Source: Vicugna vicugna (taxonomy: Eukaryota). From it: a DNA stretch of 64,000 nucleotides. Position 1 is the first letter of the stretch; each line of letters opens with the position of its first letter. The DNA is taken from NCBI GenBank assembly GCA_013265495.1, contig MU058000.1, forward strand, positions 2,418,001 to 2,482,000, in the 5' to 3' direction. A model generated the notes under the pieces. That model was given only the letters and a program-made list of their open reading frames with translations. It ran no database searches and was not told the origin of the DNA. Positions 13,201 through 27,165 of the stretch are shown piece after piece. The translations under genes were made by a program, and so were the position numbers.

Positions 13201-15229
13201 CTCTCTCCATCACACAGATAGTAGGTGTCAGGGCTAGAATTTGAACTTGAGCTTTGATAGAAATCAATTGTGGGATAGGGGTTGATAAAGCCAAACAAAA
13301 TAATACTGTTACACTGATGCTCTTTCTGTGCACCCCATCCTCCAATCAACTCTATGCCGTTTTCTTGACTTTTACTTTCTCGCAAGGAAAGATGGGTGAT
13401 ATTTGCGTGTGAATTAAATGTTCCAAGAATATCAGAAAGGTATTAAAAGGAGGAATTTCCTGCTGCATCAACAAAGTCAAAAGATGTTTTGGAATGGATA
13501 TGCAGTTTGGATTCTGAAATCTATCCCTGCCCAAATGTATAATCTTAACTCACCTTCTCAGCCCTCCCTTTTCCTGTGTTTTAATGTCCTTAATCTCCTC
13601 ACACTCAGTGTAGTGTGACCTCCTAAATGATGGGGCCATTCTATTGAATCTCATGTACTTAATTTCTAGCATTATAGACACTCTATAAATACTCACTAAA
13701 CAAATAGGTAAAGAAGGAATTGAATGTAAGACTGTGGATTATGCTAAATAATTAGAAATAATTTTAAAACTTCAAGATTCTAGCATTCACTGAGATGGTA
13801 CTGGCACTGGGATTAAGTTATTTATAGTATTTTGTTATGGATTTGTGTACTCCCCACCACAGAACAAAATGACCAAATACTGACACAGATTTTATTACAC
13901 TTGACATTTATGTATTGAAAAAAATACTTGATAGCTACTAATTGTATTGTAGAATGATATACTCCAGGTAATTCACAGTTCACAAAGTCAATTACCAATT
14001 GGCAAGCTTTTAGAATCTCCCAAGACGATTACCTCACTATCTTTTAGAGTATTTTATGGTTTACAACTTAAAAAAATTATACTTCTTATCAGAGTAATTC
14101 AGAATTGATTAAACCCTATTACCCTTCTTATAAAGTGCTTTCCATGATTTAAAAAAATATAAACTATGGAGGAGGTATTTTAGTTCATGTTTGCAATTGA
14201 AACTCCTTATAGAATTTTGTTTTGAATAAAATTTGTATCAAGCACTAGAGAAGAATGCTTTTTGTTTGCTGTTAACTTATTTTATATAAAGTTTTCTTGT
14301 AGAACTAAAACAATCATATGGCTAAAAAAAATTTAGGGGGGTGATCCATTATCAAGTGGCATGTATTTCTTATCAGCCAGTGTTGAAAATTTCTTAGTAG
14401 TTTGTATACTATTAGGATTTGAGTTCAAAGGTTATGTCTTGATCATCAGTTTATCTAGAATACTTTTATAAGGTTAGTCAGTCTTTAATATAAATAATTC
14501 TTTACTTATTGTTTGTGTTTAGCACATCTTCTCTAATTTTATAATAAAATATTGGAGCCAAATGAATTGTTCTGGTGTTACCATAGAAAATTTAGCCCCT
14601 GTCTCAAGAAAAATTTACACATACAGACAAAATTACATACTTTCAAGTTCATATGTACTCTGAAGCTTATCCATAGACTTCAGGTTAATTATTTTCAAAT
14701 AAATAATTAAAATGAAGTTGCTTATGAGTGCATATCTGTCACTGTACTGTGTGAAGGGGATTCAGAATAAATATGAAGCTTGATTCCTGCCTTGGAGGAA
14801 CTCATTACAAGAATTCCATATACAAAGTTTATACAAATAAAAATATTCAGAGAGAAATATTCAAGATCAATAATACATGTGCAGTAAATATTTGTTGAGT
14901 GAATAATAAAACAATCAGTCAAGAAGAAGGAACAAAGAGCGATGAAGACAAATGATAAAAATAATCCTTTATAGAAAAAAAGAACACATTCCCAATAGTA
15001 AAAGATTCTCAACATCAGCCATAATTAAAGAAATAAAAATATTTCAGAAAGAATTATTATTTATTTCCTATCATTTGGCAAGGGTTAAAAAGATTTATAT
15101 AATATATTCACAGGAAAATAAAAGAAAAATTTTGTGTTGTATTGAAATCAGAAGTTCATTCACCCTACATCTTCCCCTTCTCCTATTCCTTCCCCCAACC
15201 CCAACCCTTATGAACTATTTATCCCTAAA

Positions 15230-17230
15230 GTTTGAGGTGAGACAGAACAAGTCAGATGTCCAAATGGGGGTGACAGTGAGAAGTGCTTTGGCCCAGTGAG
15301 AAGTGACAACCCAAGTAGGGCAATGAGGGCATCTCTACTGAAGAGTCAGTGATGACAGACTTTCACTTGGTTCAAAGCCCAAGGGGAGATGAGGAAGGCA
15401 TCTTCATGGAGAAGGAGGGCAGTAAACATACTAGAAATGATGGAGTTAGCTAAATAAATTAAAATTAAAAAAGAAAGAAAAATAGAAAAAAAATGTTGTG
15501 GTTGGACTGGAATCACTTGTATTGGTATGAATTTGTAGATTTCAATATACAGAGATGTAGAAATAAATAAAGGTGGATAGATACAGAAATATGCATAGTG
15601 TAGAAGACTTCAATAGAAATAGATAAAAACATATAAACAAGCATTTATAACTTAGCTCCGTACTTTGAGAAGGCCAGGAAGCTGTGATATCTCAACAGCT
15701 ATGGTAACACCAAGCCCCACACTTTGGCCTCTATGGACCAATCTCCACTAAAGGGAATTATGGTTCTTGGAGAAACGGCTGATTCCAAGGTAGTGAGAGG
15801 AAAATAAGACAAGAGCCTAGAACCTGTTGGGACAAAAAGCAGGGAAGGGCTGGAAAAAATGGGGCCACTCTTAAGGGCTGACGAGGAAGATTGAAGGGCT
15901 CCCACTTATAAAATACAGGACAATTTGAACATAAAAGTAAGTGTTACAGACTACAATCTACTCAATAGGATAAGAAACTTAGAACCCAAATGATAATAAA
16001 TAAATAAATAAATAAGTTTAATGAGGAATGGGATATTTAAATAAGTTCAAATAACCTCCTTTACAGAAGGCAAAGTACAAAAGGGGGTTAAAAAAGGGAG
16101 CTATGGTAGGGAAGCTTGGTAGAACACATATTAAATAATCAAAATGAACCTCGAAGTTGTGGTGTATTTATACAGTGGAATAATACTACTCAGTCACAAA
16201 AAAATAATAAAATAATGCCATTTTATTATTTGGCATGGATTATTTGGTCCAACATGGATGGACCTGGAGATTGTCATTCTAAATGAAGTCAGCCAGAAAG
16301 AAAGAAAAATACCGTATGATATCATTTATATGTGGGACCTAAAAAAAAAAGACAAATGAACTTATTTACAAAACAGAAACAGACTCACAGACATAGAAAA
16401 TGAAGTTATGGTTACCAGGGGGGAAAGGAGGTGGAAAGGGATAAATTGGGAGCCCGAGATTTGCAGATACAAATATATATGTAAAATAGATAAACAACAA
16501 TATAGCACAAGGAACTATATTCAATACCTTGTAATAACTTATGGTGAAAAAGAACATGAATATATATATATATATTCATGTATGACTGAAGCTGTACATC
16601 AGAAACTGACACAACATTGTAAACTGACTATACTTCACTAAATATATACAAATACAAAAAAAGTGAACCTCATCAATAGTCAGATAAATCAAAAATGTTC
16701 ACCAACTGAGAGGACTCAGTGAGAAAAAAACATGAACTTCGTAACATTCCTGCCAAAGGCACACGACCTGAATCTAATCATGAGAAGACCTCAGACAAAT
16801 CAAACTGAAGGATTTTCTACCCTCTACCAACGAGCTATTTTCAGAAATGTCAAGGTCATGAAAATCAAGGGAAGACTAAGGAGTTATTTTAGGTTGGAGG
16901 AGACTAAAGAGAAATAAGAAACAAATGCAAAACGTAATTCTGATCTGGATGGTTTTGTTGTAAAAAGGACATGAAAAGGACATTTGGAAAAATTGATAGA
17001 GGGTCTGAGAATCAGATGGTAGTGGTGTATCAGCACTGCTATTTCTGTTTTTAGGTCGTACTATAGTTGTGTTGGAGAATGTCCTTGATTGTAGAAAACA
17101 TACACTAAAATATGTGGAAGTGGCGGGTATCAAATAAGTAACCTCCTCTCAGATAGTTTGGGAAAACAAAATTCTTTGTCATGTTCTTGCAATTTTTCTA
17201 TAAGTTTGAGATTGTTTCAAAATTTTTAAA
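15230..17230 (+). mobile_element. L1MC-type 3'UTR (L1MC1-4-like), interrupted by the younger L1 at 16153-16659
   Basis: Diagnostic text acctgaatctaatcatgagaagacctcagacaaa…gtcaaggtcatgaaaatcaagggaagact, ending in aagtttgagattgtttcaaaat. Confidence 0.75.
16153..16659 (+). mobile_element. ~500-bp L1 3' end (older lineage-specific subfamily) nested in an L1MC element
   Basis: ORF2 tail and 3'UTR homologous to 61905-62381 (reverse complement). 12-bp TSD aaaatgaacctc (16141-16152) / aaagtgaacctc (16660-16671). Confidence 0.9.
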
Positions 17231-17311
17231 AATGTTTATACACTTAAACTTTTAGTAATTTCACAGGGATTAATTTATACCAAAGAAGTACTTTCACTAG
17301 TGTTTAAAAAT

Positions 17312-17334
17312 AACACACACACACACACACACAG
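17312..17334. repeat. (AC)n microsatellite
   Basis: Read directly from the sequence. Confidence 0.9.
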
Positions 17335-19539
17335 ACCTTCCCCTGTACCCCCAGAGGCTTTTGGCCACTGAGGAAAGGTGAAAAGACAAAAACCCACTAC
17401 CTCTGGGGGAGGGGCCGTAAACAATCTTGAGTGCAGACCTTTAGGAAATTTAAGAGCTGATGCACTGATTTTGATTGTGGTAGTTGTTACATGACCCTAT
17501 GCATTTGTCAAAATTCATAGAACTAAATACTAAAAACAGTGAATCAGGCAAGTAGTAACTACCTTAGGTGAGGGGGACAGTGACAAGGACAAGTGGCAAA
17601 TACTATTCTCTATTATTATATATCTAAATAAACATTACACTAGAATGGAATATTAATAATTGATTGTCAATAATATCATAATAGTAATGTTAATAATAAT
17701 AATGCCAATAATATAATTGAAATGTCAATAATATCATAATAGTAACGTTAATATTTATGTTTAACAGTCACCCAAAGAATGTTAATTAATGACAAATATT
17801 TAAATTTCTAGGAAGATCTGTAATAATTTATTGAAGAGACAGTATTATGAAAATGCTTCATCAATACAACTAAGAATGGCTGCAAATGCTATGCCTACAT
17901 CTGTCATCACTTGCGTGTAATAAACATCATTTTAATGAAACGACACTAGTGGTTCAAGAGAATTAAAACCCATTAGGTGAAGATTATTGGTAATGCCTAA
18001 GGGTAAGGGGGAGCATACTGGGTTGTATATTCAACACTTTAACCACAACTGTAGCTTGTCTTTGTTTGCTGTTAACTAGTCTATTCCAGTAGGACCCGAT
18101 GCTACTTGGGGGAGGGAGGAATGAAAACATGGTAACAGGAATAAAAGGAGAGGTAAATGATTCTATCAATAGAGTGTTAATAGAATATGTTGAGGAAAAT
18201 ACACATGCTACATGCACTTTATTAATTTAAAGCCATTAATAACTAATACTGCTAATAGAAAGGGAAGGATGCTGTAGAAGCCAGTGAGTCTATCAGACAG
18301 ATGTTAGTACAGAACAATAATCATTGGGTCTACTCTTTGAAGATCTCAGTATAATTTTAATAGTGCCTATGAAATTCTGACATCCAGTCTCACTCTCCAC
18401 CTACAGCTTTTCCTCCGTATCATATATGAATTACCAAATTGAAATCTGAGACCTTTTAACATTTGTGCCATCAAAGCAACTCTTTTTCCCAATTCACATG
18501 GCAACATTTCACTATTTCCCCTCTCCTAGGGGAATAAAAAATTCTTTCAGTGCTCAATATTCAAGGCAAAAAAATAAGGTATTTCCTACATGTTGTTTGT
18601 TTTCAATTTACACTTCTCCATCACCTCGGCATATCCGTGGATCTGTAAAACTGTTACTTTTCAGCCATCTGGGAGAGAGTGTGAGTTCCTCTTGTAAAGT
18701 TGTTGCTCTCAAAAAAAGCTCTTCCTGTAAAAAATATACCGTTAGAGATGGCAATATAAAAGAATGTTAGATAACTACATTTCTTCAAGTTGTACCAAAA
18801 AATTCCTTAGATGAGCTGCTGACTTGGGTATATGCTAAAGGCTATACTGAAATGGATTTGTCCATTCACTTTCAAGTAGTCCTCTACCTTCTTAGGATAG
18901 ATGTTGCTTTGTACCCGTGAGGTTAGCTAAACACTAAAAGATCTTTCACAGTAACATATTTCAGACTACTTGTCCGCTGTATTCTGCACACTAAATCACT
19001 ATTCTACTTTCAGTGCATTTAGTCAGGAAATTAAATCAACAAATTAATATTAGTAGACCATCACAAAGATGAAATTTCCTTTGTTTTTAAGTAACTTTTC
19101 ATTCGAAACAATATTTATTATACTGTATTACATTATATTTATTTCTATATTTGCCTATTTGCTCTGAGATCTATTAGTAATAATACTGAGAGAATTCCTT
19201 GTCAGCAACTTTTCTGTAAGTTTCAGATTGTTTCAGAACCATGTCATCTGTCAGTAGCACTCCATCTTAACTTCTGTTGATTTTTACATCAGTCTTGTCA
19301 CATATAATTTTATTTTTATTATATTTTATCATTTAAAACGTTTTTGCCTCTCAGCTTCTAACGCTTCTTTGTCAATGCTGACAACTTGGGAATAGCTAAC
19401 CAGTATGAGACACCCAACCCCTTACTATTTCCACTGTCAATATAAGATGATATTTATGCATTTTTAATGACTAATGCTATTAAAGAATGTACCTAATTCC
19501 TGATCTGTGCACATATTTTCATCAGGCTGAAATCTCTAG

Positions 19540-20385
19540 ATAGTCCAAGGCTCATAATACTGACTAGATAAGCTTTTGGCCCTGTATCCTCTGGGAACAA
19601 TACAAAACAAACAAAATCCAGACTTCTGAAGACATTCAAGAACCACCAAAACAGCTTCAATTTGTGGGACTAAGATCGTTGAAAGAATGTAGGGTAAGAC
19701 AATGAGATCAATCTGACCTTTTCTATAGCTTTTTCCTGAAAACATTTGATGATTCACAGAGATTGACATTCAGTCTTAGCAGAAAGTAGCAACCTAGAAC
19801 ATTTGTTAATGTCATGGGCCTGAAAAGACCAAAATTGGAACTGAGATGCCAAGACTCAGGGAAAAGGGGAACAGCAGGAATGTGGACATAAAATTTCACA
19901 GGATTTCCTCATAAAATGTTTGCTAAATCCTAAGATTCCCAGAGGTAAGAAGCTGAGAAGTCAAGCAGAAAGAGCTTACTAATTGCTGAAGCACTAAGCA
20001 GAAATGTATAGCAGTCTCATGGTGCTGGACGTTAAAAAATTGAAATTCAAGTCTGGTCCAAACTTAGGGACCCTAGTTCAGACCCAGACTTTCAGCTGAG
20101 ACTCCTGAAGGGTTATATCATTTAATATGTGTTAACTGGAAATACGACAAAGCTCAGTGATCTGTCCCTACCCTAACCTAGAAGAAACTATAGAAAAGTG
20201 TCACTCATTCAGAACCACTACAACTTTTCATCCATCATTTCTATCAAATTCATACACAGTGTGCCAAGAAAAAATTTAATCAACAAAGCCAAGAGAAGAA
20301 ATAGCCAGTAACAATATACATACAGGTAGTCAACATGTATTTTTCAGACACAGACTTTAAAATAGCTGTGATTAATGTGCATAAT
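19540..20385 (+). mobile_element. Ancient L1M 5'/ORF1-region fragment
   Basis: Ends in cagacacagactttaaaatagctgtgattaatg, typical of old L1M ORF1-proximal sequence. Confidence 0.5.
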
Positions 20386-20589
20386 GTGGTTTATTTGTCT
20401 GATTGAAAATTGTATTTGGAATGGGCAGGGATGTGCGAATTCACATACGTTGATTGCCTACAAGGTGTGAAACCCTGTTCAGTGATTTTTCTTATGCTGT
20501 AAAGTTGTATCTTCACATTAATCTTCTAAGGGTTATTATTATCATTTGTTCTCATTTCTTTTTAAAGGGAATTCAGGGTCAGAAGGAAA

Positions 20590-20653
<64 letters not shown>

Positions 20654-20666
20654 GCACACAAACACA
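20590..20666. repeat. Compound (TA)n(CA)n microsatellite
   Basis: Read directly from the sequence. Confidence 0.95.
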
Positions 20667-22899
20667 ATCATGTATCTTTAAAAATATACAATATATTCAA
20701 CTCAACCTAAAAGAAGGACAATAATTATTTTACAGAAATTTCTGAAGTTAGAAATTGACAGGGTACCCAAAGACTCGTTGAAAGAGTAGATGAAGTTAAT
20801 AAACGACAAGGAAATGAATCAGGCACAGCCGAATCAATGGAGTAAAATATATATTTTTGAGCATTTACTTATGGGACTTAAGGGCCAACCAAAATGGATT
20901 AGTTTAATTTTAACTGTGGGAAAATCAAAGTCTATGTCAAAGAGATTCCCTTTATTTCTTACCACGCCTGTCCCTGCCCTCCGCAGTGTCATCAGGCAAA
21001 AGAGAACGAGGTCTTACTGAGATCTGTCTTTATTAGCCCATTCAAGTGTAAAAGTGAACTATGATCCTGGGGTTAAAAGAAAAAAAAAAGTTGAGAACTA
21101 ATGTTATATGTTACTAAGAAGTGCGAGAAACAATGGTCTTGATAACAACAATGCAATAGAATTACCGACAATATCAATATAGGTGAAGAATTCTTAAAGA
21201 AATTTATTCACTGTTCATAAGGGGGAAAATGTAAGTGGAATGTTTAGTCCAGGTAATATGATGAATTCGCAGCATAACGAGTTGATTTAAGTTGGTGCCT
21301 ATAAAACTGGAAAACTAAAGTCATCTTTCTGTATTCTTTTACCATCTGCTATGAAATTGCATCAGTCTTTTTCAGGAAAAAAGCCAGCACAGATAAATCT
21401 ACATTCACTGGGAAAAGAGTTTGTGTTTACGACAGTGCCCAGCATGCTTCCATTGCTTAATAAATGTCAAATCTGATGGATAATATTCATTTAGATGTTA
21501 CACGGCTGCTTTTATATCTCCCATTGCAAAACTTTGACTTATAGACAGAGCTGTTAAATGTCCTTATTCTAATCTAATTTCACAATACCTAATTATGGTA
21601 GCTCACCCTTTTCAGCTAAAGGGTCTTAGGGCTAGGGATCCATCATTCATTTTTTCATTTATATGTACATGTATTCAACAAACATTCATTGGGACCTCTT
21701 AGGAGACGGACGTGAAGATGCATGAGATACCATCGCTATCTTCAGCAATATTCAAATCTAGTAGAATAAACAAATACAAAAGTAATTAACTATAAACTAA
21801 TGCATTAACTGTTACTTTGGGGCACACATTTTGCACATTTATCTATGTTCCATCTGCCTTAATAATGATTTTTTCTTCTTATTAACTTTAGAATTTTTTC
21901 TCATGCTGAATTTTTATCTTGTAATTTGCAGCTCTCTATGAATCGTATCAAGATCCTTTTTTTGGAAACAAGCTTGGTGATGTTAAATAAAAATTGGATT
22001 AATAAATGAATAAATAATTATGATTATGTTTCATATGTAATAATAGCTAGTAATTTGCTGTGAATGAGAAAAGGGGGGATTCATTCTGTACATTTTAACT
22101 GAGCAAGGCTGCACGAAAGGAATATTTTTAAATTATATTCAACGATGAGTACAATTCCAAGTTAAAGAAAATGAATAACTAAAATAAATATTACCAATTC
22201 TTTACTTATTAACCTTCATTTATTTCAACAACATTGATTTATATTCTCATTTTACTGTTTAGCATGATTTCTTAGAAATAACTAATTGATTTAAAACATA
22301 CTGCTTTTTGGTCTGTCTTCTAATGTTTATGTTCAGCACAAATACTATTAAACAGTAAAATGCCTTCAAGGAAGGAGAAAGAGGAAAATAATGTTTATAA
22401 AATTGGCTATGGAAGTTTTACCAAGTATTCAGTTTTCTTTCATCTTGATTACTGTGGAGAAATAGTGTTATTTAAGTCGCAAGAAAATAAAAGTTTTGTT
22501 AATTTTTCATAGGATTTTTTTTTTTTTTTGGTCTTCTCTGCCAACAAAGCAAAAGTGAGTTTTATGGTGTTCGCTTTCTCTCGTTCAATTTATTCTCTCT
22601 CTGAAGGACACATGGAGAACTGTGATTATAAAACACTAATATTATCAGCTCAGTTATTGAGAAGCCTCCATTGATTTTTTATTGCAAGTAGAGGAAAAAA
22701 AAAAAGAGAGAGAGATTGAAAAAGTTATCAGTATTGGCTCTGAGGCCCTATAAGATCTGGCTTCTGGAACCCATGTCCCTTGCATGCTGGATTCCCGTCA
22801 TGTTTTTGGTTCCTTGAAAACACAATGCTCTTTCCCATGTCAGAGACAAGGGATTGCCTTTGAATGGAAGGCTTTACTCACACAACTAGCTCTTAATAC

Positions 22900-23050
22900 C
22901 TAACTGCACCCCAGTTTACTTATCTGTAAAATAGGGACAACTATATTCCCTCTTGTAAAAGGTTATAAAGAGAAGGTCGTTAATTCAGGAAAAACACTTA
23001 GGGCTGCACCTGGCTCACAGCAAATGCTCAGCAAATCTTGGCTATTAGTG
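22900..23050 (+). mobile_element. MIR SINE fragment
   Basis: cccagtttacttatctgtaaaataggg…cctggctcacagcaaatgctcagcaaat. Confidence 0.6.
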
Positions 23051-25879
23051 TCATGCATTCATTAGTCTCAGTTTTAATGTCAATGTTCCCTAAAAACATT
23101 CTCTGGCCCTCCCTGAATGAAAATATATCACTTTTTCACAGTTTCCCAAGTTGGTACATTTATAATTGTTATATAATTTTAGCCTTAGACTGGAACTGTG
23201 GTTCTGTCATTTATTAATCTATCCCCAATACATAGCACTATGCACTTATTGAATAATTCTGTACTACTCGATGGATACCTGCATGAATTAAAAAAAGTGT
23301 TTTTTTTACTCCTGTATTATTAAGAAAATATATTTCATTGGTACTTTGATCCACTTAAGACATGCAGAAAATTTAGTTGAAGGTCAGTTTTATAGACAGG
23401 CTCTATAATATTATTCCATAAATAACTTCAACATCCAAAATTTGGGGGGAAAAAAGCACCTAAAATAATTTTTCTTACTGTTTCAACTGTGATTTGTTGT
23501 TCTTCTCTGCTTCTATCATAATATGCTTATGTTATACCACCAATTCATTTACTTTAGACCATCATGGATTTCTTCTTATGTATAGTTGAAATCAGATCTG
23601 AAAATACTTATGAAGTAAGTCCTTCACAAGAAAGACTAAAATTGATGATTATGTTATGAAACTACTAGAAAAGTGTCAGAGGAAATAGAGTCAAGATTTT
23701 TACATATTTTGTACTTTCTACCAAGTACTTACTTTTTATAAAGTATTTCAGATGCTTAAGAGAGAACTGATAGACACAAGACTATGTTAAAGAAAGGAGA
23801 GCTGAAATACACCTGGGATATGGCAGTGAGGACATTTTTTTCTTTGATATAACAAGAAACTTCTCCGTGTAAGTAGGACTAGAATATGACTAACTACGGT
23901 AATAGGAATACTGTGTGAACATTTTAGAAGAGATTTGTCTGTGTCATAAAAAAGGTAAAGTAGCAAAAAAAAAAGCATTTAATTTAAGGTGTCCTATAAT
24001 GTGAAAATCAGCATTATGTATAAAGAGTTTGGAAATATCCCGGGGCCTCTAAAATTTCATATCTTTAAAAAATGATAGAGTAAGAGAGTGTGACTTAAAC
24101 TTCAGTCTGGTTTAGCAAATAATTTAATGATAAGAAAGTAAGAAAGTACCAAATGATGGGATGGGTGCCTTTTGTCTAAAGGAAGGACCATTAATAGCAA
24201 TTGGCAGATGGTGTCTGTGCTCACATGATGTACGTTAAAAGATTTAGCACCTCACGAACCAATGAGAAGATTACTCAGCACCCCAGCTGTTTCTGACTCC
24301 TGGCTCTCTGCTTGTATGTAAAACATCAGAATATGCTTATTTCACCAATATTAAGCAGGTTTCTCTGGATTGGTGGGGTTTCTTAGTTACATTTTCTCTT
24401 CCAGGAAAACATTGGCTACATTCATTTTACCTTTCTTTTTTCAAGTGATTTTAGAATAAATTCAAAACGGAGTCTAATTTATTTTATTTATCTATCATAA
24501 TCATGTGCTTTAAAACCAACAGATGCTAATATGCAAGCATGAAATGTTTGAGTGAAAATTGCAAAGTTGGGAGAAAAAGAAAAACAGGCAATCAAATGAT
24601 CGAGTGTAGTTCCTAGTTTTGATGATCGAAGAGAAACAAAGTACAGATATAATAAATGAAGGTTGTTTTTATTCTTATGATTATATATTTAGAAAATGTT
24701 GAAGCCGGATGGTATTTTGCAAAATGATTAGAGAGCTAGGATAATTTTTAAGTAAAATAAATACTCTTTTTAAATTAAAAAAAATTTAAAAACCTGATCT
24801 CAAGTCTTTTCAAACTAAAATAAGAAAATGCAGCCTATGAATATATAGTAAAAAAGCTACATTTAAATTTAGCCCACTATTATGTCTAAATATTAAGATG
24901 AATAGGAAGGAAAGAGAGTAAAAGAAGAAATATAAACTTGCTAATATATATTGAAGCTAATCTTGATAGGGGGTAATTGGGTATGTGTTATCTTATTCAG
25001 TGAAGAGAATGACTAGGTTAAATATATTTATAGTAGGTAAATTCCACATATACTCTAATCCTTCTCAAGCATCTGTGAAAAACTTATCTACAGACATATT
25101 CTTGTGCTCTTAAATTGTCACTACACTGTCCTATGTAGTGATGTGTTTGAATTGCTTCCCTAGTCCATTGCCTTAGCACCCTGTGTCTCTGCATAGTAAC
25201 ATGAAACTAATCAGAGGAAATAATTTGCAGAAAAGAATTTGGAAAGTACTATAGTACCCTTCTAATAAAACAAAATATCTTTTTTTTTAAATGGACTGGA
25301 ACTTTACAAAAACTTCCAAGGCATGGATAATGCAGAACTAATATAAATTAAACAAATATTTGCTGAAATCTTGGAAAGTGAGAGATGAAGAGATATGGTT
25401 TTAGTATTTACGAAGAATAAGCTTTCTTTGGACCTTTAATGATGACTAAAATATCCACAGGAAGATCATTCAAGACAGAAACAAACTTGGTAAATAAAAA
25501 TCTCAGACAAGAAAATATGGGAATTCTACGAGAAACATAATTAACTTGATAATGAAAGAACCTAATTTACCTGGGGAGGGTGTTATATTTCAAGGAAGAA
25601 GCTTCTTGGTAAGATGGCTGAAGCCAGAACTGATATCAACTTAACAATTATTTACTGAATGCTGAATTCAAAGATGAAAAGACATAGTTTTAGTGTTCAT
25701 GGAAGAAATACTAGATGGCAGTAACTGCTGGATAATTATCAAGCCTACTTCCACTTTAGACATAAATGTAGACCACGTTAGCTGAATGTAATGCAGGCAA
25801 TTGGCTGAGTTCCAGTCATTTGTTTGGAGGTAGAGGAGTTCAGTGTTACCAAGACAAATGCATGAAACAACTCTCCACA

Positions 25880-26075
25880 AGGGTTCCTTGTTGATCTTTC
25901 CCTTTCTTTCTGTGATGACTTGGAAGCCATGGAATAAAGTTGGTAGAGCCAAAAGATGAAAATAACTTGGGTCCCTGATCACGTCTTGAAATAAATCTGA
26001 TTTATGAATATTGTTTTAAGCCACTGAGATCTTGACAGTTTGTCTGTTGCATCAGTTAGATTGCCTTACGGAACA
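25880..26075 (+). mobile_element. Old MLT1 (J-like) LTR 3' fragment
   Basis: cttgggtccctgat…ttgttttaagccactgagat. Confidence 0.5.
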
Positions 26076-26627
26076 TAATGCAGCCATGTATGACAGTCAT
26101 TGCCATTTGAAAGACTGCGTCAGTCAAGGTGAGAATGTAAACAGACAGTGTAGCCTTAGACTAAAGCTAGATTTAGGACAGGTAAAGAGGGTAAAAAAGA
26201 ATCGAAAGGGAAGAATAACAATCTGATCAAATAAACTTTCCTGGAATCGCAGTGTTAAGGACAACTGATACACAGGCTTCAAGCTGTATCTTACTGTATT
26301 TTACAGTAAACAGATCTGTAATCAACATCCATTTGCCGTTCAGCTTTTACAGAGTGATTGAGGATAGGTTGGGAGACATTGAACCCATCAATTGCTCTCA
26401 AGCTGAAAACATTTAATTTACAGATTTAACTTAGAAATAAAGCATATATTTCATTATCTTTTGAAATACTGTGACCAATAAACATTGGCAGAGGCAGAGT
26501 GTTTACAGTAAAGACTTTTAGGAACAATAATACTTATTCTTTCTGTTTGTAAAGACTTCAGAGCTCTAAAAGCCTTCTCATATATTTCATTTGAATCTTT
26601 CTAAAGATAAAGTGAGAATTCCAATGA

Positions 26628-27165
26628 TCTGTTATGTAACTACTCTCCCTGCCAAATTAGTGCTTAAAGCAAAAAAAAATTAAAGATTTATTGAATTCAC
26701 ACATCTAGAATATGGGTCAGGCTCAATGGCAACAGTTAAACTCAGCTTTTTAGCAGGAGTGGCTAGAAAAAATTCAGTGGCTGGAATCACAGTGAGGATC
26801 ACTCTTTCAATACATGGCAGTTGATGCTGGATGACAGCTGACACAGCTGAACAGGGCTGTCATCTGAAACAGCTACAAAATTTTTCTATGTGAATATTTG
26901 ACTTCCCCATAGAATGGTTGCAAGGATCCAAGAGCAAGAATCCCAACAGAGACAGCTATGTGGAATCTCTATTGCCTTGAATGCCTGGTCTCGGCAGTCA
27001 CATGCCATCTCTTCCACTTTTACTGTCCAGATAGTCTCCAATGTCCGCCCAGGCTCAGAAAGAGAGGATAGAAAGTCCACCTCTTGAGAGAATGGGAAGG
27101 GTCTGGAAGAGCATGTGGATGAAAAATGTTGTTACAGCCATTTTTTGGAAAGTAACAGCTGCAAT
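26628..27165 (-). mobile_element. MaLR LTR, MLT1F-like
   Basis: Antisense MLT1 ends: aaattagtgcttaaagc… and cagccattttttggaaagtaacagctgc. Confidence 0.65.

Noticed and set aside
14952..15299. 115-aa ORF
   Set aside because: Lies on degenerate old L1 sequence and has compositional bias only.
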